The position numbers and the translations under genes were made by a program. A DNA stretch of 64,000 nt from Terrimicrobiaceae bacterium (GTDB lineage Bacteria > Verrucomicrobiota > Verrucomicrobiia > Chthoniobacterales > Terrimicrobiaceae), in contig JBGSVZ010000113.1 in the NCBI GenBank assembly GCA_041752695.1, positions 52,254 through 116,253 of the forward strand, given 5' to 3'. Of this stretch, positions 50,551-59,472 are shown piece after piece (the first letter of the stretch is position 1; each line of letters begins with the position of its first letter). The notes below the pieces were generated by a model. That model searched no databases and was not told where the DNA came from. It saw only the letters and a list, made by a program, of their open reading frames with translations.

Positions 50551-51075
50551 ATGATCGAAGAGCACGATTTTCACTACGCGATGGAAAACACGCGCGTGGT
50601 GGTGCAGCCGAAAAATCTCATCGAGACCTTCGGCACAACGAGTTTCCGGTTTCTCCTTGTCAGCGAACTGATGGACGAGTCCAACGCCGTCCGCATCCGC
50701 GGCGGCCGTATCGAGGCTGAGCGGCCGCGCATCATGTCGCCCCACCATTTCAGCAAGCTGCTTCTCGATGGTTTCGGCGAATCCGGGCAGGAATACGCCG
50801 ACTGGGCCGAACAAAACGCCCATGCCTTCAAGATCCTGCGCTACGGCTTTCAACTTCGCAAAACCGATCTGGAGCACAATACGGTGAAAGATTCCATGGA
50901 AGTCGTGCTCGGACGACTGGAGGAGGAAATGACCACCAAAAACGATCCTATGTCTGCGCTCATCGCGGGCGTGGAGGACGGCTGGGAGGTCTGCCTGCTG
51001 AAGTTCACCATGGACATCATCCAGCGCTCTGCGGGCGAAAACATCGGCGAGTGGAAAAAACGCGGATTGATTTGA
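50551..51075 (+). CDS. Conserved hypothetical protein
   Basis: 174-aa ORF with core-like codon usage. Confidence 0.8.
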   Translation: MIEEHDFHYAMENTRVVVQPKNLIETFGTTSFRFLLVSELMDESNAVRIRGGRIEAERPRIMSPHHFSKLLLDGFGESGQEYADWAEQNAHAFKILRYGFQLRKTDLEHNTVKDSMEVVLGRLEEEMTTKNDPMSALIAGVEDGWEVCLLKFTMDIIQRSAGENIGEWKKRGLI

Positions 51076-51130
51076 TTCGCAGTCTTCCGCGGAAGCACGA
51101 TACCCTTGGCAGTATGAGAGAGTCGCTGCC

Positions 51131-51964
51131 ATGAGGATTCTGCGTGCCCTCATTCTTCTCGGCCTCACCGCCGCCATTCTGGGCGGATCGGCCTTCTTTG
51201 CCTACGAGCTCTATTGGAAACCGCGCCAGCTCGACATCGCCGACAAACGCGAGTTTAAGACCAGCACCCCCTCCCCTCCCCCAGACTTCAGCCTCCCGGC
51301 CTTCGACAAGGCCATGACCCTGCAGAAGTCCGGCGACACGGACGGGTTCCGCGCCGCTCTCACCGAGTTTATCGCCAGCTACCCCGACTCACCGAACCTC
51401 GCGAAGGCAAAGGACATCCTCGGCGCGATGAATTCCGAGGCCCTCTTTTCCCCCACAATCTCCACGGACAAAACCGCCTACACGGTCTCGTCGGGCGATT
51501 CGTTGGTGAAGATCGCCTCCAAGCTCAAGGCCAACGCCGAGTTGATCTACCGCGCCAACAACCTGGACTCGATCAATCTGAAAATCGGCCAGCAACTCCT
51601 TGTTCCCCAGGTTGACACCCGCATCACCATCGACCGGAAGGCGGAGACGCTCACGCTTTACAACCGGGGGGGATTTTTCAAAGAATATCAGGTCATGTCC
51701 CTGAAAACCCCCGGCGTGCCCAGCTCCAAACCCCTGGAGACCAAGGTGGCCGACAAGATCGCGCTGAAAGGCTCGAACCGCGTGGCTTTTGGCGACAAGA
51801 GCTACCCCGAAGCAGAACGCTGGGTGATGCTTAATACTTCTGCCCTGGCCATCCGCCCGCAGGTCGAGGGTGCCCCGACCCCTCCCGGCATCGTCGTTTC
51901 CCCCACCGCCATGGACGAAATTTTTCTCCTCGTCTCCCGCGGCACGCCCGTCACCATCCACTGA
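51131..51964 (+). CDS. LysM domain protein with degenerate L,D-transpeptidase-like C-terminus
   Basis: YTVSSGDSLVKIA...ANNL...LKIGQQL; GTPVTI end. Confidence 0.85.
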   Translation: MRILRALILLGLTAAILGGSAFFAYELYWKPRQLDIADKREFKTSTPSPPPDFSLPAFDKAMTLQKSGDTDGFRAALTEFIASYPDSPNLAKAKDILGAMNSEALFSPTISTDKTAYTVSSGDSLVKIASKLKANAELIYRANNLDSINLKIGQQLLVPQVDTRITIDRKAETLTLYNRGGFFKEYQVMSLKTPGVPSSKPLETKVADKIALKGSNRVAFGDKSYPEAERWVMLNTSALAIRPQVEGAPTPPGIVVSPTAMDEIFLLVSRGTPVTIH

Positions 51965-51972
51965 ATCTTTCC

Positions 51973-52932
51973 ATGAAGCCGAAAAGTCTCGAATTCGAAA
52001 AACCCATCGCCGACCTCGAACAAAAACTCGACGAGGTCAAACGCCACGTTCAGGGCCAGGATATTGACCTCGCTCCCGAGGTGAAAGTGATGGAGGAAAA
52101 AATCGAGGCCACGCGGCGCGACATCTATTCCAACCTGACCGCCTGGCAGCGCGTGCAAATCGCCCGCCACACCGCCCGGCCGTTTTTCCTCGATTATGTC
52201 GAGCAATCGTTCACGGATTTTCTGGAACTCAAGGGCGACCGGCTCTTTGGCGACGACGCCTCCATGCCCGGCGGATTGGCGAAAATTGACGGCATCCGCT
52301 GCGTTGTGGTCGGTCAGCAAAAAGGACGCGACACAAAGGAAAACCTGCTGCGCAACTTCGGCAGCCCGCACCCGGAGGGCTACCGCAAGGCGCTTCGCCT
52401 GATGCGGATGGGCGAAAAGTTTAAACTCCCCGTGGTGGCGCTGATCGACACCCCCGGGGCCTACCCCGGCATTGGAGCAGAGGAACGCCACATCGCCGAA
52501 GCCATTGCCGTCAATCTGCGCGAAATGATGATTCTTCGCACCCCCATCGTGGCCATCGTGATCGGCGAAGGCGGCTCCGGCGGTGCCCTCGGCATCGGCG
52601 TGGCTGACCACGTCCTCATGCTGGAAAACGCCTACTATTCCGTGATCAGCCCGGAAGGCTGCGCCGCAATCCTCTGGAAACACCGCAAACACGCCCCCGA
52701 GGCGGCCGAGGCGCTGAAACTTAACGCTCCCGAATTGCTCAAGCTCGGCCTGATCGACGAAGTCGTCCCAGAACCCATGGGCGGCGCCCACCGGGACCCG
52801 GCCCTGGCGGCCAAAAATCTGCAGACCGCCATCGTCACGTCCTTGAAAAAGCTCACCAAAATCCCGACCGAAAAACTCCTCCAGGCGCGGTACGACAAGT
52901 TCCGCAAGATGGGGCGGTTTTTGGAGAGTTAA
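51973..52932 (+). CDS. accA: Acetyl-CoA carboxylase carboxyltransferase alpha subunit
   Basis: LEFEKPI, PEGYRKALR, IDTPGAYPG, GEGGSGGA. Confidence 0.97.
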   Translation: MKPKSLEFEKPIADLEQKLDEVKRHVQGQDIDLAPEVKVMEEKIEATRRDIYSNLTAWQRVQIARHTARPFFLDYVEQSFTDFLELKGDRLFGDDASMPGGLAKIDGIRCVVVGQQKGRDTKENLLRNFGSPHPEGYRKALRLMRMGEKFKLPVVALIDTPGAYPGIGAEERHIAEAIAVNLREMMILRTPIVAIVIGEGGSGGALGIGVADHVLMLENAYYSVISPEGCAAILWKHRKHAPEAAEALKLNAPELLKLGLIDEVVPEPMGGAHRDPALAAKNLQTAIVTSLKKLTKIPTEKLLQARYDKFRKMGRFLES

Positions 52933-53119
52933 TTCTTCCGATCTGCGTTTTGCTCCCGTTCCGACATCTCTCGGTACCAAGGGGCACCGGAGTGGTCCGA
53001 TGCGCGACCGCTAAAACGCCCAACGGCATTGCCCCGATCAATCTGCTTGCGGCTTCGCTCCACCCGTGCATTATTTCCTTGATTAGAACGGGAAGTGGTT
53101 TCCACCTCCCTAAAACAGT

Positions 53120-53196
53120 CGGGCCGTGGCTCAGCTTGGTAGAGCGCCTCGTTCGGGACGAGGAGGCCGCGGGTTCGAATCCCGCCGGCCCGACCA
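53120..53196 (+). tRNA. tRNA-Pro (anticodon CGG)
   Basis: Acceptor CGGGCCG/CGGCCCG, anticodon arm CCTCG-TTCGGGA-CGAGG, T-loop TTCGAAT, encoded CCA. Confidence 0.97.
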
Positions 53197-53198
53197 CA

Positions 53199-53223
53199 AA
53201 AACCCTGTATTTATCAGGGTTTT
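53199..53223 (+). terminator. Inverted repeat just after tRNA-Pro
   Basis: AAAACCCTG-N7-CAGGGTTTT. Confidence 0.6.
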
Positions 53224-53317
53224 CAGGCGGCAGAGGTTCGCCTGAATTTTAGGTGTATTAAAAAAAGTGTATTATCCCGCCCCGTTCGCCCCTCGAATTC
53301 GCCTTCACGGGCAGAAA

Positions 53318-53515
53318 TCAGGGACCGAAGATCACCCCGATGGGCCGAACATAGAGGACGAAAAGAACCCAGACGACCGGTTCGGGTAGCTGATCAACCC
53401 ACCGGCTCCCATAGACGATATCGAGCCCGAGAAGCAATCCTCCCAGCAGATATAGCCCAACCACTCCTGCTAAGACATACAACCCGACCAGAACGCCGCT
53501 GGAGGCCTTTTTCAT
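53318..53515 (-). CDS. Small membrane protein (paralog 3)
   Basis: 65 aa, SSGVLVGLYVLAGVVGLYLLGG. Confidence 0.7.
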   Translation of the reverse strand: MKKASSGVLVGLYVLAGVVGLYLLGGLLLGLDIVYGSRWVDQLPEPVVWVLFVLYVRPIGVIFGP

Positions 53516-53525
53516 GGAGCGACGG

Positions 53526-53747
53526 TCAGTGTGTGCAGGGAGCTGGTTCCGGCCATAGATCCATTGCGAAGAACACCTCCTTGTAGGCTATAATCAACGC
53601 ATCCCCAAGCAGGGAAGGCATACCTCCCACCACCGGGAATCCGCGCCGAGAATCAATGTACAACGCAACGCCACCCAGCAGATACAACCCCACCACTCCG
53701 CTGAGCACGTACAGCCCGATCTGAACGCCGCTGGAGGATATTTTCAC
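53526..53747 (-). CDS. Small membrane protein (paralog 2)
   Basis: GTG start; SSGVQIGLYVLSGVVGLYLLGG..YID..RGFPV. Confidence 0.7.
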   Translation of the reverse strand: MKISSSGVQIGLYVLSGVVGLYLLGGVALYIDSRRGFPVVGGMPSLLGDALIIAYKEVFFAMDLWPEPAPCTH

Positions 53748-53771
53748 GTTGCAATATGAAGCCTGGGGCAA

Positions 53772-53993
53772 TTACCCCATCGGAAAAAAACTGGGATTCA
53801 AACCAGAAATTGCACTGAAGACGGGCATGTATGCAAAAAGCACCGCCTCCTGCACGAACTTGGGAGCCGCAGAAAGAACCGGGTATCCACGCCACAAATC
53901 TACGTACACCAGGACGCCAACACCAAGATACAGCCCAATCGCGATCCCCAAACCCCACATGGCGCTTTCAGCAGAAGTGGACAGCTTCTTCAC
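53772..53993 (-). CDS. Small membrane protein (paralog 1)
   Basis: GTGA overlap; GLYLGVG...YVD..RGYPV...AY. Confidence 0.7.
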   Translation of the reverse strand: MKKLSTSAESAMWGLGIAIGLYLGVGVLVYVDLWRGYPVLSAAPKFVQEAVLFAYMPVFSAISGLNPSFFPMG

Positions 53994-54469
53994 CCCATCC
54001 TCCCGATCTCATCCCGAATCGCCTTCAAATCCGCTTCGTCGAGTGCGTCTTGCAAGTATGACTCGTCCCGGTTGATCGCCTCCGCAAAAAGACTCTTTGC
54101 CTCCCTGGTTCGCCCCATCACACAGGTGTAACACGCGAGATGGTAGTAAATCAGGGCATCCTCAGGAAAACGGACGAGGGCTTGAATCAGGATCTTTTCC
54201 GCCGCCTCAACAGATACCGACCTCCGTGTCGCAAACGCCCAGGCGCACCACCATCCAGATTGATCGGACCACACACGGGTTAAGTGCTTTGCGCAGACCT
54301 CGGCGGCTTCCCATTTCTCCAGCTTCAAGAAAACACCCAGTCGAGTGGCGTAAACCTCAGGCCGGTAGCGATCCTCTGCCGGCATTCGTTCCAACTCATC
54401 GTGAGCCTCCTCGAACATCCCAAGCTCAAGGAAGCCCTCGGCGGCGTTGAGATAGATTTCCCAGATCAC
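53990..54469 (-). CDS. TPR-repeat protein
   Basis: 159 aa; GFLELGM..EA..EL, YHLACY. Confidence 0.85.
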   Translation of the reverse strand: MIWEIYLNAAEGFLELGMFEEAHDELERMPAEDRYRPEVYATRLGVFLKLEKWEAAEVCAKHLTRVWSDQSGWWCAWAFATRRSVSVEAAEKILIQALVRFPEDALIYYHLACYTCVMGRTREAKSLFAEAINRDESYLQDALDEADLKAIRDEIGRMG

Positions 54470-54945
54470 CCCATCCTCCCGATCTCATCCCATACGGGCA
54501 TCAGATCCACGTCATTGACCGCGAGAGCCTTGGCATCCGGTTCATACCCGATGGCCTTGGCGAGCAATACCGTCGCTTTTGCGACGTCCCCGGCAATGCA
54601 GGCGTAACAGGCAAGATTGTAAAAAATCATCCCATCCTCGGGGTGGAGTCTCCGGGCCTCCAAAAGGATCCCCTCCGCCTCCTCGATTTCTCCCTGGCGA
54701 CGCCGACAGGCCGCCCAGGCAATCCACAGTGCCGGTTGTTCCGGGCAGGTCTTCACCAGATGCTGCGCGACAACCTCACCAGCCTCCCATCGCCCCGTCA
54801 CCACGTAAATTTGCAGGCGGACCGCATACACTTCAGGGCGGCAACGATCCTCGGGAGGCATCCGCTCCAGTTCGTCGTTGGCATCCTCGACCATGCCGAG
54901 TTCGAGATACCCGGTAGCTGATTCAAGGTGGGTCTGCCAGTTCAT
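54466..54945 (-). CDS. TPR-repeat protein (paralog)
   Basis: 159 aa from ATG 54945; GYLELGM, YNLACY. Confidence 0.85.
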   Translation of the reverse strand: MNWQTHLESATGYLELGMVEDANDELERMPPEDRCRPEVYAVRLQIYVVTGRWEAGEVVAQHLVKTCPEQPALWIAWAACRRRQGEIEEAEGILLEARRLHPEDGMIFYNLACYACIAGDVAKATVLLAKAIGYEPDAKALAVNDVDLMPVWDEIGRMG

Positions 54946-55250
54946 CTCTGTTGATAACCCAGGACAAACAGAGTCGCGATGGCCGCCGCCAACAGGCAAA
55001 AGAGGGCGAAGCCCAAAACAGTCAACACGGGCGAGACTCGTATGAGGGTCAACGAAACGATTGGCAGGGCCAAGATCTGCCCGAAAAGCAAGAAGCCAAA
55101 AAGATCCAAAGGTTGCCAATATCCCCAGTTCTCCCAACCCATATAAAATAGCAGCACATCGCAGAACGGATAAACGGCTCCAGCCGCGCAGAAACAGAAA
55201 AGAACCGTCCGAACATTGACGGGAATCTGCCGCAAAAAGAACTCCCTCAT
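54942..55250 (-). CDS. Small multi-TM membrane protein
   Basis: ATGA overlaps at both ends; 3 hydrophobic segments. Confidence 0.7.
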   Translation of the reverse strand: MREFFLRQIPVNVRTVLFCFCAAGAVYPFCDVLLFYMGWENWGYWQPLDLFGFLLFGQILALPIVSLTLIRVSPVLTVLGFALFCLLAAAIATLFVLGYQQR

Positions 55251-55810
55251 TGCCCCCACCCGCCCCTTTTCTCAGCAATGGCCTTCGCCTTCAACTCCGC
55301 CAACTTCTCCAGGTAGGTCCTGGAATCCGTCCCATCCGGCAGTTGGATGCGTGTCCCGTAGATCCTGGCCAACCCGTTTTCGACCAACATGGAAGACAAC
55401 CATCTGCCATCGACCTCCACCATGGCGTAGAACCGCTTGCGCTTGCTTGAGCCCAGGGCATCGCGCCAGAGCGTCCAGATCGTAAAGGGTTTCGCCCCCA
55501 AAGTTTTCGCTGTGAATCTCGCTGCCTCGTCACCCACTTGAAACGCTCTCTCCTGGGAGACACCGAAATACGCAGCTTGTTCGGCAACCCGTTCGGGAAA
55601 TCTTTTGTCCGACCCATCTTCAGGAGTATCCACGAAATACAGCCGGAAAATCCTGAATGTCTTTGGGGCAACCCGGACGGTGAAGGAATCCCCGTCCTGC
55701 CATTCACCTGGGACCAGCGTGCATCCCTCGATCTTCTCCCACTTGTATTCTGGTGCCGCTTGCAGGGCGGTGGCGAACAGGAGAGCAAGCAGGAGGGAAC
55801 GGAACGGCAT
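55247..55810 (-). CDS. Thermonuclease (SNase) family protein, secreted
   Basis: Signal peptide; DGDSF, RLYFVDTPE, LVENGLAR, A...KRGGW. Confidence 0.88.
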   Translation of the reverse strand: MPFRSLLLALLFATALQAAPEYKWEKIEGCTLVPGEWQDGDSFTVRVAPKTFRIFRLYFVDTPEDGSDKRFPERVAEQAAYFGVSQERAFQVGDEAARFTAKTLGAKPFTIWTLWRDALGSSKRKRFYAMVEVDGRWLSSMLVENGLARIYGTRIQLPDGTDSRTYLEKLAELKAKAIAEKRGGWGQ

Positions 55811-55822
55811 GGCGGTTTCAAA

Positions 55823-56137
55823 TTATCCCCATCCCGTGAGGATCAGCGAAAGGTAAATTGCTCCTAAAAAAAGAATCCCGTAAACAAAGAGCGCCCCAAG
55901 CGAGATGATTAAGCGAGCATGGACAGGGATGTGGGACAAAAATGGTGAGACTAGGCAGAGAACGAAGCTCAACCCAACCAAGGGAAGGAAGAGCGGGTCG
56001 AACCACGAACGCCCATAAAGCCCGACGGGATTCAAAATTGCGCTGGCGATAAACGCTGACAAAAGCAACACGACGCCGCCGAGAAACGTCGCATATGTCC
56101 GAAGACCAAGTTTTTGATTTTGCTGGTCGCTCATCAT
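55823..56137 (-). CDS. Small multi-TM membrane protein
   Basis: 104 aa, 3 hydrophobic segments. Confidence 0.65.
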   Translation of the reverse strand: MMSDQQNQKLGLRTYATFLGGVVLLLSAFIASAILNPVGLYGRSWFDPLFLPLVGLSFVLCLVSPFLSHIPVHARLIISLGALFVYGILFLGAIYLSLILTGWG

Positions 56138-56294
56138 CTACCCGCAAGCGGAGTCGGAGGGTTTTCTCCCACATTCAGTCTGGGCAGTGAAGAAGATTCA
56201 CCGCAGTTTCGTCCCGGTAATTTCGTCATCCCGTATCCTGTTGGAACGGAATCCAACGGTGGATTCTCACAGTCGACCATGATAGGCTGTCCCC

Positions 56295-57005
56295 ATGTGC
56301 GGCCGATACGCCTGCGAACTCACAGACCAAGAACTGTTCGACATGTTCCGCCTCCCCGCCGGGGAATTTCTCCCGAAGGAGCGATTCGACGTTCGTCCTG
56401 GCACCAAGGTGCCGACGATTCGACTCGGGAAGAACGGGGGCCGGGAAATGGTTGGACTCGATTGGATGTGGGTTCATGAGAAATTCCGCCATCCCAACGC
56501 CAAAGGGGAGAACGTCCGACGTTACCCGGCATATCGGGAGAGTTTCGCCCACCGTCGTTGCCTTGTCCCGGCCACGGGATATTACGAGTGGAAATTGATC
56601 CAGAAGCCGCACAAGCAGCGGTACTACATCGAGCGCAAGGATGGTAAGCCCATGGCGTTCGCTGGCCTGTTCAGCGTGGATGATGGAATGATGGCGACCA
56701 TCACGATGCCGCCAAATGCGGAAATATCTGCCGTCCATGACCGAGTCCCGATCTTCATTGAGGAGGCTGATTGGGAACGATACCTGGATCCTGAACCGCT
56801 CACCGATGAGGAGAAACGCCGAATGATTGCGACTCCACCCGATGATTTTTTTAGATACTGGCCGGTGGCGAACAATGCGGTGGGACCGGATCTCCTGAAG
56901 GAGGTTCCTCCGATGATTATTCCAACGGCGGACGCGCCCCTCCCACGAAGGCCTACGAAAAGACCTCCAGTTTCCGATTCGGCCCAAGGAGATCTCTTTG
57001 GCTGA
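56295..57005 (+). CDS. SRAP (YedK/HMCES) abasic-site-protecting protein
   Basis: MCGRY N-terminus, RRCLVPATGYYEW, FAGL, HDR.P. Confidence 0.93.
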   Translation: MCGRYACELTDQELFDMFRLPAGEFLPKERFDVRPGTKVPTIRLGKNGGREMVGLDWMWVHEKFRHPNAKGENVRRYPAYRESFAHRRCLVPATGYYEWKLIQKPHKQRYYIERKDGKPMAFAGLFSVDDGMMATITMPPNAEISAVHDRVPIFIEEADWERYLDPEPLTDEEKRRMIATPPDDFFRYWPVANNAVGPDLLKEVPPMIIPTADAPLPRRPTKRPPVSDSAQGDLFG

Positions 57006-57035
57006 ACCGCCGCTGCCTCGGGCCGCACGTTTCAT

Positions 57036-57599
57036 TCATGAATCCCAAATCTGCCCGCATTTCCGGCAGCACATGTATTCTCCTGCGTAATTGTCATCCA
57101 GGTCGAAGTATTCTTCCTTCTCCCAATCATGGGCTGAACCATCCGGGCAGTGAGGGGCTTTCCAATTGGGGAAGAGAGTTATTGGCGGCTCCTCACCAAT
57201 TTTCCGGGGCATCCAACCATAAACAGCTTGGATGTCTTTTGTCCCATCGGTCTCATTCCACTGGTGCCCTTTTGGGTTTTCCACGGAAAGTTCAAAGAAT
57301 GCTGGGATCGCGCCAACCGAGTTAAATATCGATACCCAAACCATCGCTCCATCCATCTCAGGCAACTCTCTGTGGCAAAATCGCCACCTTCCTCCATCCC
57401 GCAGCGGGTTAAGTGTCTTCCCGCATTTCTCGCAGGCATATGTAGATCCGAGAACTTTCCCCTCGTCGGTTACGAAGGGCACTTCACGTGAGAAATAATG
57501 CTCATCGTCTGGGCACTCTGGCGGCGGGGGTATCAACGGCTGAATTGGCCCCTCGTCGTCTGGTTCTCGATTAGAATCTCCCCCGAAATTGAAACGCAT
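57036..57599 (-). CDS. Hypothetical protein: two zinc-ribbon-like motifs around a DUF551-like segment
   Basis: CPD..H...CEKCG; W......LPE...WMP; CPD...H...CRKCG. Confidence 0.65.
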   Translation of the reverse strand: MRFNFGGDSNREPDDEGPIQPLIPPPPECPDDEHYFSREVPFVTDEGKVLGSTYACEKCGKTLNPLRDGGRWRFCHRELPEMDGAMVWVSIFNSVGAIPAFFELSVENPKGHQWNETDGTKDIQAVYGWMPRKIGEEPPITLFPNWKAPHCPDGSAHDWEKEEYFDLDDNYAGEYMCCRKCGQIWDS

Positions 57600-57744
57600 G
57601 GTCAAAATATTCACCGTCCCGCCAGTCGCTGCGAGTTGTAACACGAATAACGCATGGTGTTTGCCGTCGGCTCGGCAGGTCGAAAATTTGTTTCCTTACC
57701 ATTCTGACACGCGCTATCCAACCACAGGAAGCGATCATAGTTGA

Positions 57745-57990
57745 ATGTCCGAATCTGAAAAACCACTCGATTGGTGCAGGGTTGTCTTGGATGAATACCC
57801 GCCAGAGGGCGTAGTTGTTTGGACCACAGACGGCGAGACGGTAGCTCAGGGTGTTTGGTGCTGCGACGACCCCGGCATTCCCTTTGAAGAATCCACTTGG
57901 GAGGATCTTGAAGGCAATTCTTTAAAAGTCACGCAATGGCTGCCGTTGGAGGAGAGCCCTGATTCTCCTCCACAAGCACCCACAAGCTGA
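57745..57990 (+). CDS. DUF551-like small phage-type protein
   Basis: W......PP....V.....W.....VTQWLPL..SP. Confidence 0.6.
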   Translation: MSESEKPLDWCRVVLDEYPPEGVVVWTTDGETVAQGVWCCDDPGIPFEESTWEDLEGNSLKVTQWLPLEESPDSPPQAPTS

Positions 57991-58033
57991 AAATTGAGGT
58001 GAATGGCTTGAACCACCGTTAAAGGAATTCGAG

Positions 58034-58294
58034 ATGAACAAGCCGCTCTTCTGCCAAGTCTATTCCGACAAACCCGCCCACACCGGTGAGGGCGTCCAAA
58101 CTCGATACACCGTCCAGTTCCTCTGCAAGGACTGGGAGGACGAGCGCGCCACCAAGGAAACCGAAGCTTTAATCTACGCTCTTCCCGACGAGGGTCATCA
58201 GTCCAGCCTTACCATCATCATCCGCAGGCATCCTTTTACCCCATCCGGCGCTTTAATGGCCGATGAGGTCGACTACAAAATCTGGCGAGAATAA
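58034..58294 (+). CDS. Hypothetical protein
   Basis: 86 aa, SD-like AAAGGA upstream. Confidence 0.6.
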   Translation: MNKPLFCQVYSDKPAHTGEGVQTRYTVQFLCKDWEDERATKETEALIYALPDEGHQSSLTIIIRRHPFTPSGALMADEVDYKIWRE

Positions 58295-58395
58295 CTTTCC
58301 CCGCCTTGAATCTCGACGGAGTTGATGCCCATCTCCGGAACCTACCGCGTAGTGTCCGCGACTTACCCCTTCCAAGAGATCCCATATTGAGGAGA

Positions 58396-59406
58396 TCAGC
58401 CAGTCCGCAAAATCGGCAACCGTCGGCGCAGGGCTAGAAGGACGACCATTCCGAGGCCAAGCAGCGCCACCATGCCAGGCTCGGGCACAACGCTGGTGTC
58501 CTGATATTGGTGCAGGCCGGTCTGGGCGTCGTAGACGAAGATGTTCCCTCTGGCGTCGGTGTTGATGAAGGACTGTCCCGTGTAGGGGGTGCCTTCCGTG
58601 CCTTCCGGCAACATGAATACGCCCTCAAACTCGCCAAGGCTGTTGTAGTACGAGCCGCCCCCCAGACCATCAGACAGGTAGAAACTGCCATTGATGCCGA
58701 TGGCAAATTGTTCGTTGGCTGTGATCGTGCCAGGGTCGCTGTTCAGATTGAAGTTGTTCACCGGAGCAAATGCGTTATCCGGATCAAAGCTGGCAATCCG
58801 CTCATTGCCGTAGTCGAGCACGTAGAGCAGGCCATCTGCACCGTAGGCCATGAAATGCGTGGTGGCTGTATCCACACCAGAGAGCGGAGCAGCATTCACA
58901 GTGCCGGTTATACGATCAATCGTGTGGTGCCCTAAGTCCGTGATCATGGAGATCGGAGTATCAAGGCTGAATGGCGCGATGGAATGGACGACGGAGCCGA
59001 AGTTCCCGGCGAGTGGTGCATCCCAAGTTATCGCTTGGAAAGTAATGTTGTAAGTCAGGATCGTCCCAAGCGAAGTGATCGCGAGCACATGCGCATTCGA
59101 TGTAGCACCGCCGCCCATCCACGCCAGCCGAGAGTCGGGAGAAAGCCTGACCTCTATCTGCCAATCGGCCCCCCAGTCAAACTCGCCTGTGCTCGTATTG
59201 AGGGCGAAGTAGGCTTGCTCCTTCGTGAGGTACGGACGGGTGTAGGGACCGACGGACTCAAAAGGAGATTGCGAAGTCCCGAGGACACTGCGCCAACCGG
59301 ATGGGACCTCAATCTCCCGCACGTACTCCACCTGAGCGAATGCACTGGATGCGATTCCAGACAGTGTAACCAGAGCCGCTACAGCCCAACGTGAAACGGG
59401 TTTCAT
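58396..59406 (-). CDS. PEP-CTERM sorted surface protein
   Basis: Signal peptide from MKPVSRW; VPEP + TM + RRR at C-terminus. Confidence 0.9.
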   Translation of the reverse strand: MKPVSRWAVAALVTLSGIASSAFAQVEYVREIEVPSGWRSVLGTSQSPFESVGPYTRPYLTKEQAYFALNTSTGEFDWGADWQIEVRLSPDSRLAWMGGGATSNAHVLAITSLGTILTYNITFQAITWDAPLAGNFGSVVHSIAPFSLDTPISMITDLGHHTIDRITGTVNAAPLSGVDTATTHFMAYGADGLLYVLDYGNERIASFDPDNAFAPVNNFNLNSDPGTITANEQFAIGINGSFYLSDGLGGGSYYNSLGEFEGVFMLPEGTEGTPYTGQSFINTDARGNIFVYDAQTGLHQYQDTSVVPEPGMVALLGLGMVVLLALRRRLPILRTG

Positions 59407-59472
59407 GCCGGGAAGGTAGCAGACCCAACCTGAGGAGAGCATTAAATTCTTGCCCTCCGATCTCGATGAGGA

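Noticed and set aside
54466..55278. 270-aa version of the TPR gene
   Set aside because: Paralog alignment and ATGA coupling place the start at 54945
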